From positions 320,001 through 384,000 of the forward strand of contig JAWAWX010000001.1 of NCBI GenBank assembly GCA_038897215.1: a stretch of 64,000 nt of DNA. Reading direction: 5' to 3'. The notes under the pieces are model-generated. The model ran no database searches and was not told where the DNA came from. It worked only from the letters and a program-made list of their open reading frames with translations. The first letter of the stretch is position 1. Each line of letters starts with the position of its first letter. Source of the DNA: Acidilobaceae archaeon (GTDB lineage: Archaea; Thermoproteota; Thermoprotei_A; Sulfolobales; Acidilobaceae). Positions 11,725-22,384 of the stretch are shown one piece after another. The position numbers and the translations under genes were made by a program.

Positions 11725-12701
11725 CCGACACCACCCTGAGCTAGCTCCTCTAGAGGGATGACGAGCTTAGGCTCGTAGACTACCAGGCCTTGAGCGAGAG
11801 ACCTGAGTGTAGGCATGAGCTTGATGAGGTCGCTCTTATCTATGACTGTGTTTACAGCGACCCAGTCGGGGTCTGCGAGAGGGCTCACAGTTGGGCTCTT
11901 GAGTGCCGGCAAGACTCTGAGTAGCTTCTCTAGATTCTCCTTCCTCACGTTCAGGAATATGTGGTACTTGGCTCTAGCATCAACAGCTCCTCTCATCACA
12001 GCCAGCAGGTCCAGTATCTTCTCTCTCTTCCTTTCACACCTCAAGCTCTCCTTGCTAGCAATTAGCACAGCCTGAGACTCCATCACTACATCTACTATCT
12101 TCAATCCGTTGCTCTCAAGAGTAGTCCCGGTTTCTGAGACGTCTATTATCGCGTCAGCCTCCTCCGGAGGCTTGGCTTCAGTTGCTCCAAAAGACAGCAC
12201 TATCTTAACCATCTCGTTATCACCCCATCTAGCCCACGGAGTGACAATGAGGGGTTTCGATGAGCCGTAGTGCCTCCTATAGCTCTCTCTGCTAGCTATG
12301 TATGTTGACGATATGACTAGGTACTCTGACGAGATTCTCAGAGCTCTCTGCTCTCTTGCAAACCTATCCACTAACTCTTCAGCACTCTCTATAGGCCACT
12401 CTTTCGGAATCGCTACCACGAGCTTGACTTTACCCACGTTTAGCTTCAACAGCTCTTCAACCTTATCCTGGAGCCCGTGCTCTATAACCCAGTCTAAGCC
12501 CGTGACCCCTATGTCGTAGAAGCCCTCGTAGACGTATAGCGGTATCTCTTGAGGTCTAAGTATCTTAACGCAGACCTCGGGGTCTCCTGCTAAGATAGGC
12601 TTGTAGCTTCTCTCGCGACCCACGAGCTGAAGTCCCGCTCTATCGAAGAACTCGAAGACAGACCTCTCGAGAGACCCCTTGGGTATAGCGAGCTTAACCA
12701 A
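11721..12701 (-). CDS. hisG: ATP phosphoribosyltransferase, long form
   Basis: LAIPKGSLE, RPQEIP, DIGVTGLDW, SFGATE, DVSETGTTL, C-terminal regulatory domain (SPTVSPL). Confidence 0.95.
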   Translation of the reverse strand: MVKLAIPKGSLERSVFEFFDRAGLQLVGRERSYKPILAGDPEVCVKILRPQEIPLYVYEGFYDIGVTGLDWVIEHGLQDKVEELLKLNVGKVKLVVAIPKEWPIESAEELVDRFAREQRALRISSEYLVISSTYIASRESYRRHYGSSKPLIVTPWARWGDNEMVKIVLSFGATEAKPPEEADAIIDVSETGTTLESNGLKIVDVVMESQAVLIASKESLRCERKREKILDLLAVMRGAVDARAKYHIFLNVRKENLEKLLRVLPALKSPTVSPLADPDWVAVNTVIDKSDLIKLMPTLRSLAQGLVVYEPKLVIPLEELAQGGVG

Positions 12702-12857
12702 GCATGCAATAAGCCCTCGCCCCCAAGACTTCTCTCGCTTGGACCTCGTCTAGTCGAGAGTCTACTCCTAGAGGAGAGGAGCGTGTCTCGAGCCCGTCTG
12801 GAGAGCTATTAGTGAATACACATCATCTCAGCCGAACCCGCTATAAACCCTCTACAG

Positions 12858-12870
12858 TTTAAATTCTTTT
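12858..12870 (-). promoter_or_regulatory. Putative BRE/TATA promoter of the his operon
   Basis: Minus strand reads AAAAGAA-TTTAAA about 160 nt upstream of hisG; second TTTATA at 12842-12847. Confidence 0.5.
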
Positions 12871-12937
12871 CGCTCTTGACCTGTAGCCCGCCTCTAGCTA
12901 CTCGAGACCCACCATTACTCCCTACTGCGAGCTCGAG

Positions 12938-13606
12938 CTAGCGCTCTAGATGCTGCTGTAGTGATAGGGTTTCCTCGATGTTTCTCCATATCTTCAAAAA
13001 GTCGTCGTATCTAAGCTGGCCTGGAGCCGTGGGCTCCTCGATATAAGTGTAGACTAGCATAGAGCCGAGTAGAGCGAATGCTAGTCTCTCACGGGGGTCT
13101 GAGCTTAGAGGCATGACTGCCACGTTGTCGTACCCTAGGTCTAGAGCGCTCGAGAGTAGCCTTCTGTAGCCTGGAGCTGGCTGGATAGCTATCTTGACGC
13201 AGAACGCTCTATCAGCGTACCTCTCTATGAGCGATTGTAGCTCGCTCTCTGTAGGGAGTCTTCTCAAGTAGTGTGCTGACACTATCTTCCCCTCGTAGGG
13301 CACGCTATTAGATTCTATGAATGACGCTTCTACATCGTAGAGTACTCCTAGCTCGTGGAGTCTCAGCAGGTAACGCGCTTTAGCTCTAGACTCTACGGGC
13401 TTGACTCCCCCCTCGGACTGCTCTCTTATCGTGACTATGACTGAGCGGTCTAGAGTAGCTACGCGCTCGACCGGTATCTCAGCCAAGCTCTCAGCGTAGT
13501 CTAGCCTTAGCTCGACTAGGTCCGGCCCCACCACTCTCCTAGCTTTCTCTATATCGCTTAGAGACCTGACGGGTAGAGATGCGACTATGAGGGGTCTTCT
13601 ATTCAA
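12938..13606 (-). CDS. aroD: 3-dehydroquinate dehydratase, type I
   Basis: DLVELRLDY, IVTIR...EGG, IVSAH, VKIA, PTAPGQ. Confidence 0.9.
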   Translation of the reverse strand: MNRRPLIVASLPVRSLSDIEKARRVVGPDLVELRLDYAESLAEIPVERVATLDRSVIVTIREQSEGGVKPVESRAKARYLLRLHELGVLYDVEASFIESNSVPYEGKIVSAHYLRRLPTESELQSLIERYADRAFCVKIAIQPAPGYRRLLSSALDLGYDNVAVMPLSSDPRERLAFALLGSMLVYTYIEEPTAPGQLRYDDFLKIWRNIEETLSLQQHLER

Positions 13607-14852
13607 GCCTTATTCTGCCCCCGACGCTAGCTAAGTCGCTCCAGAATCTAGGGTTGCTCTTGTTAACGCTATCAGCCTCCTCCACGACCCCTCCTACTCG
13701 AAGAGCTAGAGCTGCTGCCATCATAGCCACTCTATGGTCTTTGAAGCTCTGCACGCTAACCTGTTGCTTTAGCTTCTCCGCGCTCCCGCAAATCCTCAAG
13801 GCTCCCCCAGTGTACTCTACATCGACTCCGAACGACCGAAGCACGTGGGCTACAGCTCTTACTCTATCGCTCTCCTTGATTGCTAGTCTCGAGACGCCTG
13901 AGAGCTCACTGCACCCCCGCGCTAGAGCCGCTAGAGGAGCCACGGAGAGAGGCAGGTCTGGAGCGTCTTCGAAGTCTTCTGCTACAGCCTCATACTCGCT
14001 TCTAGACTCTACTCTCCAGCTTCCACTACTGTACTCGCTCACAGCCCCCATTCTCTCATATATCTTCACGATGGAGTGGTCTCCGAAATAGCTTCTAGGC
14101 TCTGGGAGGTCTAGAATAGTCAGACTCCCTCCTGTCGTGAGCGCTGACACTGCGTAGAACGATGCGAGAGCGTAGTCTCCCCAGACTCTCTCCTTCACTA
14201 TTCTCGGAGAGAAAGTCCTAGCTACCTCGACCTTTGTCTCACTGATTCTAGTCGAGCACCCGAAGAGGCTCAGCACCTCGCTCGTCATGTAGACGTAGCT
14301 TTTCGAGACGAGAGGAGGCACTACGGAGATCTCTCCGTTCCCCAGCATGCAGAAAGCTATCATGAACCCCGTTATGTACTGGCTGCTCTCAGAGCCCCTA
14401 ATCTCTACTCTGCTATCCGCTAGCCTGCCTTCTACTCGCAGAGGGAGCCTCGAGTTGCTGAAGCGCACGCCAGTATCCGCTAGAGCCTCTCGAAGAGCGT
14501 CGAGAGGCCTCCTTCTGAGAGTCTCATCGCCGTCGACTTCAAAGCTTACACCTAGAGTTGCTGCTATCGCTAGAGCGATTCTCAGAGTAGTCGCTGAGCC
14601 CCCCACGTGTACTCTGACTTCTCTCGGTATGCTTTGAGGTGGAGTAACTCTAGCTCTATCGCCGACAAGCTCAACTCTCGCTCCAAAAGCCTCAACTACT
14701 CTCAAAGCTGCCTCCACGTCGCCCGACAGCTGGATACCCTCGATCTCCGTGGGAGCTATGAGGGACGCCATAATCAGCCTTATGGCGTGACTCTTAGACC
14801 TAGGAGCTGTGAGAACACCGCGGACCACCGAGGGCTCTATGAATGCTCTCAA
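13599..14852 (-). CDS. aroA: EPSP synthase
   Basis: SKSHAIR, LRRRPL, SSQYITG, KESDR, DHRVAM, KSNPRF. Confidence 0.95.
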   Translation of the reverse strand: MRAFIEPSVVRGVLTAPRSKSHAIRLIMASLIAPTEIEGIQLSGDVEAALRVVEAFGARVELVGDRARVTPPQSIPREVRVHVGGSATTLRIALAIAATLGVSFEVDGDETLRRRPLDALREALADTGVRFSNSRLPLRVEGRLADSRVEIRGSESSQYITGFMIAFCMLGNGEISVVPPLVSKSYVYMTSEVLSLFGCSTRISETKVEVARTFSPRIVKERVWGDYALASFYAVSALTTGGSLTILDLPEPRSYFGDHSIVKIYERMGAVSEYSSGSWRVESRSEYEAVAEDFEDAPDLPLSVAPLAALARGCSELSGVSRLAIKESDRVRAVAHVLRSFGVDVEYTGGALRICGSAEKLKQQVSVQSFKDHRVAMMAAALALRVGGVVEEADSVNKSNPRFWSDLASVGGRIRLE

Positions 14853-15643
14853 AGTCTCTGCCTCACGACTTCAGCCGGGCGGGTTACGATTACTTCGCCC
14901 TCTCCTTTGGCTATAAACAAATCGAGTAGGGGGCCCTCGTCTCCCTCTCTTGTGATAGCGAAGAGCGAGGGGCCGTTCCCACTCACTCCTGCTGCTAGCG
15001 CTCCTAGAGAGAGAGCTCTCCTAACAGTCTCTATATCGTAGCCCAACGTCTTCGCTATCATCATCCCATTGAGAGTCATGGCTTTAAGTAAGTCGCCTCT
15101 CAAAGCTATAGAGAACACTTCTCCGAAGAACTCTGAGTGCCTTCTGAGAGCGTCGATGTCGAGTGCTCTCCTCCCCCCTATAGCGTTTATGACGACAACT
15201 AGGTCTAGTGGGGGGTCTCGTAGAGCTATTATCTCACGCTTGAGGTTATTTGTGAACGATACTCCTCCATGGTAAGCTGCGACCGCGTCGTCGAAGGCTC
15301 CGGTTACAGAGACTCCAGCTATGAGAGACGTTTCTGCTGAAAGAGCTGGCGGGTAGACTCCCCCTATGCCGAATTTCTCGGCAATAGCCTCTATTAGAGC
15401 CACGGATACAGCGCTACTGCTCTTAAGACCGCCTCCTGGAGGGATAGGGGAGTGTACTCGGATAGCTAGCTCCGGCACTCCGTAGCTCTTCCTGAAGTAA
15501 TCGAGGATAGCTCTCGTTAGCTGAGTGTGTTCCCCGCTCTCTCCCGGTAGGACCTCTACTCTAACCTTGAGGTCTACTGCCATCGTCGAGCCTAAGCCTG
15601 AGGGTATAGCGTTAACTACCGAGATGCCGGCATAGGCCCACAC
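14849..15643 (-). CDS. aroK: Archaeal shikimate kinase (GHMP family)
   Basis: [35 protein letters not shown]. Confidence 0.93.
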   Translation of the reverse strand: MWAYAGISVVNAIPSGLGSTMAVDLKVRVEVLPGESGEHTQLTRAILDYFRKSYGVPELAIRVHSPIPPGGGLKSSSAVSVALIEAIAEKFGIGGVYPPALSAETSLIAGVSVTGAFDDAVAAYHGGVSFTNNLKREIIALRDPPLDLVVVINAIGGRRALDIDALRRHSEFFGEVFSIALRGDLLKAMTLNGMMIAKTLGYDIETVRRALSLGALAAGVSGNGPSLFAITREGDEGPLLDLFIAKGEGEVIVTRPAEVVRQRL

Positions 15644-16788
15644 GCTTCTCTATACCTCCTCCAGTTCTCCTCGACGACCTCCGCTTCTCTCTCGTTGAGC
15701 CTAACGGGGTTTATGACTCCCGCTCTTAGAGCATGGTCTGCGAGAGTTATCGCTACCATAGCCTCTACTACCGCTACCCCTCTCACCGCTATGGCTGGGT
15801 CGTGCCTCCCCTCTACGACTAACTCTGTCTCCTTCATGGTCCTCAAGTCTATAGTCTTCTGCTTTATCCCGATAGAACTCGTAGGCTTGAAAGCACATCT
15901 TAGAACTATATCCTCGCCTGTCGTGAGCCCCCCTAGAATGCCTCCACTGACGTTGCGCCTCCATCTAGGTCTGCCTTCCTCCACGATGATCTCGTCTGCT
16001 GCCTCGCTACCCCACATTCTCGCTAGCTTGAAGCCGAGCCCGTACTCGAACCCCACTACTCCGGGTATTGATAACACTGCTTTAGCGAGGTCTGCCTTCA
16101 CCTTATCGAAGACCGGTTCTCCGAGACCTCTTGGAGGGTTTCTAGCTATGACTTCAACGACTCCACCTAGGCTATCGCGTCTCCTCAAGGCGTCCTCGAT
16201 TAGCTTCAAGAAAGCCTCCTCAACACTCTTCCTGCAGGCTCTGAGAGGGCTTAGTCTAGAGCATAGAATCTCCTCGAATGGAGCCTCGAAGTCGATCTCG
16301 TAAGGGCCTAGAGCTCGCAGATGACCGGCTACGATTGTAGAGGTTAGCATTAGCAGCTTCTTGGCTATCGCTCCCGCGGCTACTCGAGCAACAGTCTCTC
16401 TAGCGCTCGCTCTCCCCCCTCCTCTATAGTCCCAGTTTTCGAGCCCATACTTCATGATGTAGGGGAGGTCGGCGTGCCCTGGTCTAGGCTTGAATCTTAT
16501 CTCCTCGTAGGCGCTCGAGTCAACATCCTTATTGTAAACCAGTATCGTTACCGGAGACCCGGTAGTCCTGCCGTTGAAGACTCCGGAGACTATGTGGGGC
16601 TCGTCCTCCTCCCTACGGGGAGACGTGTAGGGGCCTCCTGGCTTCCTGAAGGAGAGCTCGAAGGCCACATCGCTCTCATCGAGAGGCAGGCCTGCAGGTA
16701 CTCCGTCGACTACCACGCCTACAGCTTTCCCGTGGCTCTCCCCGAATGTGGTTACTCTAAGCACTCTCCCGAAAGTATTTCCAGGCAT
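15616..16788 (-). CDS. aroC: Chorismate synthase
   Basis: [38 protein letters not shown]. Confidence 0.97.
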   Translation of the reverse strand: MPGNTFGRVLRVTTFGESHGKAVGVVVDGVPAGLPLDESDVAFELSFRKPGGPYTSPRREEDEPHIVSGVFNGRTTGSPVTILVYNKDVDSSAYEEIRFKPRPGHADLPYIMKYGLENWDYRGGGRASARETVARVAAGAIAKKLLMLTSTIVAGHLRALGPYEIDFEAPFEEILCSRLSPLRACRKSVEEAFLKLIEDALRRRDSLGGVVEVIARNPPRGLGEPVFDKVKADLAKAVLSIPGVVGFEYGLGFKLARMWGSEAADEIIVEEGRPRWRRNVSGGILGGLTTGEDIVLRCAFKPTSSIGIKQKTIDLRTMKETELVVEGRHDPAIAVRGVAVVEAMVAITLADHALRAGVINPVRLNEREAEVVEENWRRYREACGPMPASR

Positions 16789-17570
16789 AGATAGTCTCTC
16801 ACCTCTTCCTCGAGATACCCGAGGTCTCTACTCTGCCATATGCTCTGCGCTAAGAGAGCCTGCCTGATCAGGACGTGGAGACCGGTGACTACTCTAGCTC
16901 CTCGCTCTAAAGCACGCGCAATCAGCTTAGTTACAACAGGCCTGTACACTAGGTCTAGTGCGAGCTCTCTCGCTTCACACCCCTGCCTTAAGACCCACTC
17001 GGGGTCTGGAGTAGCGTTCACGAGGACATCGTATACTCGTTCACATCTATCCTCGACAGTAGCGTTGAGAGCGAGAGTGTTGAGTCTAGCCACGAGCTCC
17101 TCTGCTCTCGCTCTCGTCCTATTGAGTACTCTGACTGTGCAGCCTAGCTCTGCTAGAGCGAGAGCCGACGCTTTAGCCGCTCCCCCAGCTCCGGCTACTA
17201 GACACTCTCCTCCAGCTAGTCGGCCGACTGCTTCCCACACGAGCTGCTTTACAGCCATGTAGTCTGTGTTGTAGCCTACGCCTCTATGCACAGTGTTCAC
17301 TGCTCCGACCTTCTCCGCTGATACATCGAGACCTCTGAGATACAGCACGACTTGCTCTTTATAGGGGGTTGTGACGTTGAAGCCTTCTGCTAGAGCCAGT
17401 AGCCCCTCTATCGCTTGCTGAAACCTATCTCTCGGCACGTCGAAGACTAGGTATACAGCGTTGAAGCCCGTCTTGCTGAACACGAGGTTGTGAATAGCTG
17501 GAGATAGAGTGTAGCTTATCCTATCGCCGAGAATGCCGAAAAGCTTGGTTTGAGCGTCTATCTTAAGCAT
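16752..17570 (-). CDS. aroE: Shikimate dehydrogenase
   Basis: [37 protein letters not shown]. Confidence 0.94.
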   Translation of the reverse strand: MLKIDAQTKLFGILGDRISYTLSPAIHNLVFSKTGFNAVYLVFDVPRDRFQQAIEGLLALAEGFNVTTPYKEQVVLYLRGLDVSAEKVGAVNTVHRGVGYNTDYMAVKQLVWEAVGRLAGGECLVAGAGGAAKASALALAELGCTVRVLNRTRARAEELVARLNTLALNATVEDRCERVYDVLVNATPDPEWVLRQGCEARELALDLVYRPVVTKLIARALERGARVVTGLHVLIRQALLAQSIWQSRDLGYLEEEVRDYLCLEILSGECLE

Positions 17571-18616
17571 CTCTCTACATGCACCTCTAGCTCTCTCAAG
17601 GAGACCTGCACGCGTTTCCAGCTACCTATATCGGTTGGTAGAGGCATATCTATCGAGTCACCGCGTCTCTTCTTGTCTCTGCCTAGAGCTAAGACGGCTT
17701 TCTCGATATCGAGAAGCACTCCAAGCTCTCTAGCCGAGGAGGGTAGCTTGTAGAGATTGAGCAATCCTTTCACGAAATCAGCCAAACCAGGCTTAGAGAC
17801 TCCCAGCTCTTCGGCTAGCAAGCTCTCGCAGACCATCCCTACCGCTACAGCTCTCCCATGGGGTACTCTGAAATCGCTCCCGGCCTCTATCGCGTGCCCT
17901 ACAGTATGTCCGAAGTTCAAGACGGTCCTTACCCGCTTCTCTTCTCTCTCGTCTTGAGCTACCACTCGCATCTTATTCATAGCCGATCTATATATGACCT
18001 CCTCTAAGACTTCGTGGTCTCTGCTTAGAACTTCTTCGCGCTTCTCAGCGATAAGGTCGCAGAGGTCTCTGTCTAGAGTAACGCAGTACTTGACCACCTC
18101 AGCCATCCCGTTGGAGACCTCGGGCTCGGGTAGAGTCTCCAGGAATCTCGTATCAGACACAACTAGCCTTGGGTGGTAGAAGGTGCCCAGAATGTTCTTG
18201 GCTCCAGCGAAGTTAACACCATTCTTCCCGCCTAGTGCCGCGTCGACCATAGCTAGGAGAGTAGTGGGGACGTTCGCTAGCTTAACCCCCCTCTTGTATA
18301 TCGATGCCGCGAAGCCGACTACGTCTAGAACCGTGCCTCCCCCTACTGCGACTATCCACTGCAGAGCTGGGGGAGCTTTGACCGCTATCTCTCGCAGGAG
18401 CTCGAGAACATTAGATAAGTCTTTCGCCTCCTCGCCATCGCGAATCCTTAGAATCAGAGATGGGTTCTTCAGGTTTTCGAGAACAAGCTCTGGCTCGATG
18501 CTAGCACTGTGCACGACAACCGCTCCCTCCTCTAAGCTCTTCAGCACGCCTAGAGCCCCAAGCCCTACGACTAGCTGTGTCCGCGTGTTACATAAGTCGA
18601 ACTCCGCTGATCTCAA
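17558..18616 (-). CDS. aroB: 3-dehydroquinate synthase
   Basis: GGGTVLD, PTTLLAMVDAALGGKN, AEVVK, LNFGHTVGHAIE, HGRAVAVG. Confidence 0.96.
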   Translation of the reverse strand: MRSAEFDLCNTRTQLVVGLGALGVLKSLEEGAVVVHSASIEPELVLENLKNPSLILRIRDGEEAKDLSNVLELLREIAVKAPPALQWIVAVGGGTVLDVVGFAASIYKRGVKLANVPTTLLAMVDAALGGKNGVNFAGAKNILGTFYHPRLVVSDTRFLETLPEPEVSNGMAEVVKYCVTLDRDLCDLIAEKREEVLSRDHEVLEEVIYRSAMNKMRVVAQDEREEKRVRTVLNFGHTVGHAIEAGSDFRVPHGRAVAVGMVCESLLAEELGVSKPGLADFVKGLLNLYKLPSSARELGVLLDIEKAVLALGRDKKRRGDSIDMPLPTDIGSWKRVQVSLRELEVHVERCLR

Positions 18617-19608
18617 AGCTCTCTACCCAAGGCTTCAGCAACACGCTTGAGCTTCTCGACAAGCTCCGAGAACTCTCGTAGAGTCAATTGCTGAGCCGCA
18701 TCGCTCAGAGCTTTCTCGGGGCTTGGGTGAACCTCTATTAGCAACATGTCTGCTCCAGCTGCTAGAGCTGCTAGAGCTAGAGGCGGCACTAGCTCCCGTC
18801 TTCCAGCAGGGTGGCTTGGGTCAGCGCAAACGGGCAGATGTGAGAGCTTCTTGGCTGCAGGGATGCTACTCACGTCTAGAGTAAAGCGAGTCTCTTTCTC
18901 GAAGCTCCTCACGCCTCTCTCGCAGAGAACCACTGAGCCGTTGCCCTGTAAGAGGATGTACTCTGCTGAGAGTAGCCACTCCTCGATTGTATTCCCGAAG
19001 CCTCTCTTGAGGAGAACGGGCTTCCTGAGCTTGCCTGCCTCGATGAGGAGAGGGAAGTTTTGCGCGTTTCTAGCCCCTATCTGAATCATATCCACATATC
19101 TGCTCACGAGTTCTAAGTGGCGAGGGTCTACGGCTTCGCTAACCACTGGTAGCCCCGTGGTCTCAGACGCTTTCTTGAGGATCTTGAGCCCCTCCTCTCC
19201 GAGACCTTGGAAAGCGTAGGGGCTTGTTCTCGGCTTGAACGCTCCGCCTCTCAGCATAGACGCTCCAGCCTTCTTCAGCTCTCTAGCAACCTCTAGCATC
19301 TGGTCCTCGCTCTCTACAGCACAGGGGCCCGCCGCGACCACTACTTTCTTACCGCCGATCTTGACGCCGCCTACCTCCACGACTGTTCTCTCACTCTTCC
19401 ACTCGCTACTCGCTAGAGGGTATTGCCTCGAGGTTCTGGCTATCAGCTTTAAGGGGAGGCTTCTGATGCCGTCTAGGACATCGTCGGGCCATATGACTAC
19501 AACTGTCTCTCCATAGAGGTCGACTGTTACGTAGCGAGCTCCTCTAGCTCTAACAGCTTCGAGGAGGAGAGAGAGCTCATCTCTGCTCCTAGCGACAGCC
19601 ACGATCAC
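18613..19608 (-). CDS. aroF: DAHP synthase, type I-beta, with N-terminal ACT-like domain
   Basis: AGPCAVE, RGGAFKPRTSPY, QIGARN, LKRG, LCERG, DPSH, IEVHP, SDA.QQ. Confidence 0.95.
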   Translation of the reverse strand: MIVAVARSRDELSLLLEAVRARGARYVTVDLYGETVVVIWPDDVLDGIRSLPLKLIARTSRQYPLASSEWKSERTVVEVGGVKIGGKKVVVAAGPCAVESEDQMLEVARELKKAGASMLRGGAFKPRTSPYAFQGLGEEGLKILKKASETTGLPVVSEAVDPRHLELVSRYVDMIQIGARNAQNFPLLIEAGKLRKPVLLKRGFGNTIEEWLLSAEYILLQGNGSVVLCERGVRSFEKETRFTLDVSSIPAAKKLSHLPVCADPSHPAGRRELVPPLALAALAAGADMLLIEVHPSPEKALSDAAQQLTLREFSELVEKLKRVAEALGREL

Positions 19609-20654
19609 TCCAGAGTCTCACCCCCAATCCTCTCGATCAAGCCTATCAGAGACTTGACTGCCTCCTCTCTAGCTAGGCTAGCGTGGGGGTTGTGCTTCTG
19701 GATCTCCATGATTGTCTTCAAGTTGGCCGTAACCATCTCTAGACTCTCTCTGAGTCTCCTCATGTTTCTCGTCTCGAACCTCTCTATACTCTGCACTTCG
19801 AGCTTCTCAGCTATTCTCGATTGCGTCTCGATAAGCGCTAGCATGAAGAGATGGGGTATGACTTGCATTACAGTCATGGCTTTCTCGTGCTCATCTAGAG
19901 AAGCTATCACCACCTCTAAGCCTAGAGACTCCCAGAAAGCTACCACTTCCGGGAGCGCGTTCAGCCCGCTTGGCGATGGGATCAACACTATCTTCTCACC
20001 GTAGGGGAGCTCGATAGGGTAGAATAGGGGGTGCGTTGATATGTAGCTGAAGCCGTGCTCGAGCGATAGCCTAGAGAGTCTCTCAAAAACGCCGCTCTTC
20101 GCTGAGAGAACATCCATGACGACAGCGTTGCTCACGTGCTCTAGGATAGAGTCGACAAACCCGCTCTCAAAAGCGCTTCTCGAGAGAGCTAGGATTACGT
20201 AGTCGGATTGCTCTACAGACTCTCTCAGCCCCGCGGAGTTGCAGCCCAGCTCTCTAGCCAAGCTTTCCGCCTTGTCTGAGTCTCTGCCGCTAATCGTGAC
20301 TACGTGACCAGCTTCAACCATCAGTCTTCCGAGAGACCTGGCTACACCCCCGTAGCCTATTATCGCGACTCTCCTGGTCTCATGGTATGCCGGTCTTTGA
20401 GCGAGCCTAGAGTATTTGATGAGGAGCTCCGCCACGCTTCTAGCTAGGTCCTCCGGTACGCCTCTAGCTCTAGCTCTCTCCACCCACGCGTCTAGAACCG
20501 CTCGCTCTCTTGCTGGATCGCGGATCTCCAAGCCGAGACTGGCTTTGACTCTGGCTAGCTTCTTGACTATCTCCATCCTCTTCCTGATAAGCTCTAGGAT
20601 CTCGCTATCTACCTTCTCTATCTCGGCTCTAAAATCCTCGACCTCGCTTAGCAC
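19605..20654 (-). CDS. tyrA: Chorismate mutase / prephenate dehydrogenase fusion
   Basis: N-terminal AroQ domain (R.EI..VD..I..L...R...K, DPARE), then Rossmann IIGYGG, DVLSAK, STHPLF, EHEK.M...Q. Confidence 0.85.
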   Translation of the reverse strand: MLSEVEDFRAEIEKVDSEILELIRKRMEIVKKLARVKASLGLEIRDPARERAVLDAWVERARARGVPEDLARSVAELLIKYSRLAQRPAYHETRRVAIIGYGGVARSLGRLMVEAGHVVTISGRDSDKAESLARELGCNSAGLRESVEQSDYVILALSRSAFESGFVDSILEHVSNAVVMDVLSAKSGVFERLSRLSLEHGFSYISTHPLFYPIELPYGEKIVLIPSPSGLNALPEVVAFWESLGLEVVIASLDEHEKAMTVMQVIPHLFMLALIETQSRIAEKLEVQSIERFETRNMRRLRESLEMVTANLKTIMEIQKHNPHASLAREEAVKSLIGLIERIGGETLE

Positions 20655-21594
20655 GCTCCACCACTCTCTCTATAGCTTGAACCAGGCTCCTGACCCCTAG
20701 CCCGTAGTGCTCCAGCAAGTCCTCGGGAGACCTGGCAGACCTCCCGAGAGACCGTGTGCCCACGATCTCCACGGGTGCAGGGTATCTTTCAGCTAGAGTC
20801 TCCGCTATCGCTGAGCCTAGCCCTCCGTGAACACTGTGCTCTTCTACGGTTACAACGGCTCCAGTCTTTCTAGCTAATTTGAGCAAGAGTTCTTCATCGA
20901 GAGGCTTCACTGTATGCATGTTTACTACCGCTACGCTAAGCCCCTTAACTCGCTTGAGCTCCTCTGCTGCTTTTAGCGCGTTCCACAACACTGTCCCGGC
21001 TCCTACTACGACTACGTCCTCTCCGTCTCTGAGAATCTCTGCTCTACCTACTACGAAGTCTTCGCTGTAGTCGCAGGTTATGGGGGGAGAGTAGTCTCTC
21101 CCGACTCTGTAGTACGCTGGCCCCTTAACGCTCTCAACTACCTTAGGCAAGCTTCTCGAGACCTGGCAGGCGTCAGCTGGAACGACTACAGTCATGCCCG
21201 GCAAGACTCTCATGAGAGCTATGTCTTCGAGAGCCTGATGGCTCGAGCCGTCGGTGCTATCACTGAACCCTGCGTGTGTTCCTACGAGTTTAACGCCTAG
21301 ATTCATGCGGACCACAGTGTTCCTGATCTGCTCCCAGGCTCTCATCAAGAACATGGCGAAAGCCACGACTACAGGCTTCATCCCCAGAGCTGCTAGACCT
21401 GCAGCAAAGCTTACTGCATGCTGCTCCGATATCCCTACATTGAAGTATCTCTCAGGGTATCTCTCGAAGAATCTCACTGCTCTCGTCGCCTCCCCCACGT
21501 CCGCCGTGACTACGACAACGTCTCCGTCTATCTCTCCCAAGTCTGCCAGAGCTCTCCCCAGAGCTTCACGCATTGAGTAAAGCCTCTCTGACAA
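20629..21594 (-). CDS. Transketolase, C-terminal subunit
   Basis: NVGISEQ, RAWEQIR, DGSSHQ, KPLD, TVEEH...GGLGS. Confidence 0.93.
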   Translation of the reverse strand: MSERLYSMREALGRALADLGEIDGDVVVVTADVGEATRAVRFFERYPERYFNVGISEQHAVSFAAGLAALGMKPVVVAFAMFLMRAWEQIRNTVVRMNLGVKLVGTHAGFSDSTDGSSHQALEDIALMRVLPGMTVVVPADACQVSRSLPKVVESVKGPAYYRVGRDYSPPITCDYSEDFVVGRAEILRDGEDVVVVGAGTVLWNALKAAEELKRVKGLSVAVVNMHTVKPLDEELLLKLARKTGAVVTVEEHSVHGGLGSAIAETLAERYPAPVEIVGTRSLGRSARSPEDLLEHYGLGVRSLVQAIERVVERAKRGRGF

Positions 21595-22384
21595 CGTCTA
21601 CACCCGGTCTCTGGATACTCTTGCCTTCGAGAAGAGGGACTCCCTTCATTCTAGTCGTGTAAGCGAATATCACTGAAGGCGTTTCCGATTGTAGCGCTCT
21701 ACTCAAAGCTTTATCTATGCTCCTCACATCGTGACCATCGCAGACCAGAACGTTCCAGCCCACAGCTCTCCAGACTAGAGGCATGTAGTGCTTGGGTTTC
21801 ACGCCATCGGTAGGCCCGTCGAGCTGATAGCCGTTATTGTCTATGACTACCACCAGGTTGTCTAGTCTTCTGTAAGCAGCGTGACTCATAGCCTCCCACA
21901 CTTCTCCCTCGTCTTGCTCTCCGTCGCCCATGACCACGAAGACTCTACCTCTTCCACCCCTCATCTTTATGGCTGTTGCCAGACCTACAGCAAAGCTGAA
22001 TCCAGAAGCTAGGCTTCCCGTAGATGCATCAACACCAGGTATCGTGATCTCCGGGTGCCCTTGGAGTACGCCATTGATATCGTGCATCTTGTAGAGCTCT
22101 TCTCGAGGGATTAGCCCCTGCTCGGCTAGCGCTACGTAGAGAGCTGGAGCAGCGTGACCTTTACTGAGTACTAGCCTATCGCGGTCTAGGCTACCCCCGT
22201 CTCTCCTCATGTACTTGAAGATTATCACTGTGAGTATCTCGATAACGCTGAGAGAAGAGCCTAGATGAATCGCCTGGTCTCTAAGGTATAGCTCGAGAAG
22301 CCTTCTCCTGATTCTCTTAGCTACTAGCTCGAGAAGCTTGGGGTCCGCTAGAGAGCTAGATATTGGCGGAATTCCATCCCCCAG
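21566..22384 (-). CDS. Transketolase, N-terminal subunit (start uncertain)
   Basis: DRLVLSKGHAAP, LQGHP, STGSL, GDGEQDEG..WEA; the conserved HLGSSLS lies upstream of the first canonical start (22228), so the feature is extended to an in-frame CTG at 22384. Confidence 0.9.
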   Translation of the reverse strand: MGDGIPPISSSLADPKLLELVAKRIRRRLLELYLRDQAIHLGSSLSVIEILTVIIFKYMRRDGGSLDRDRLVLSKGHAAPALYVALAEQGLIPREELYKMHDINGVLQGHPEITIPGVDASTGSLASGFSFAVGLATAIKMRGGRGRVFVVMGDGEQDEGEVWEAMSHAAYRRLDNLVVVIDNNGYQLDGPTDGVKPKHYMPLVWRAVGWNVLVCDGHDVRSIDKALSRALQSETPSVIFAYTTRMKGVPLLEGKSIQRPGVDVVREALLNA

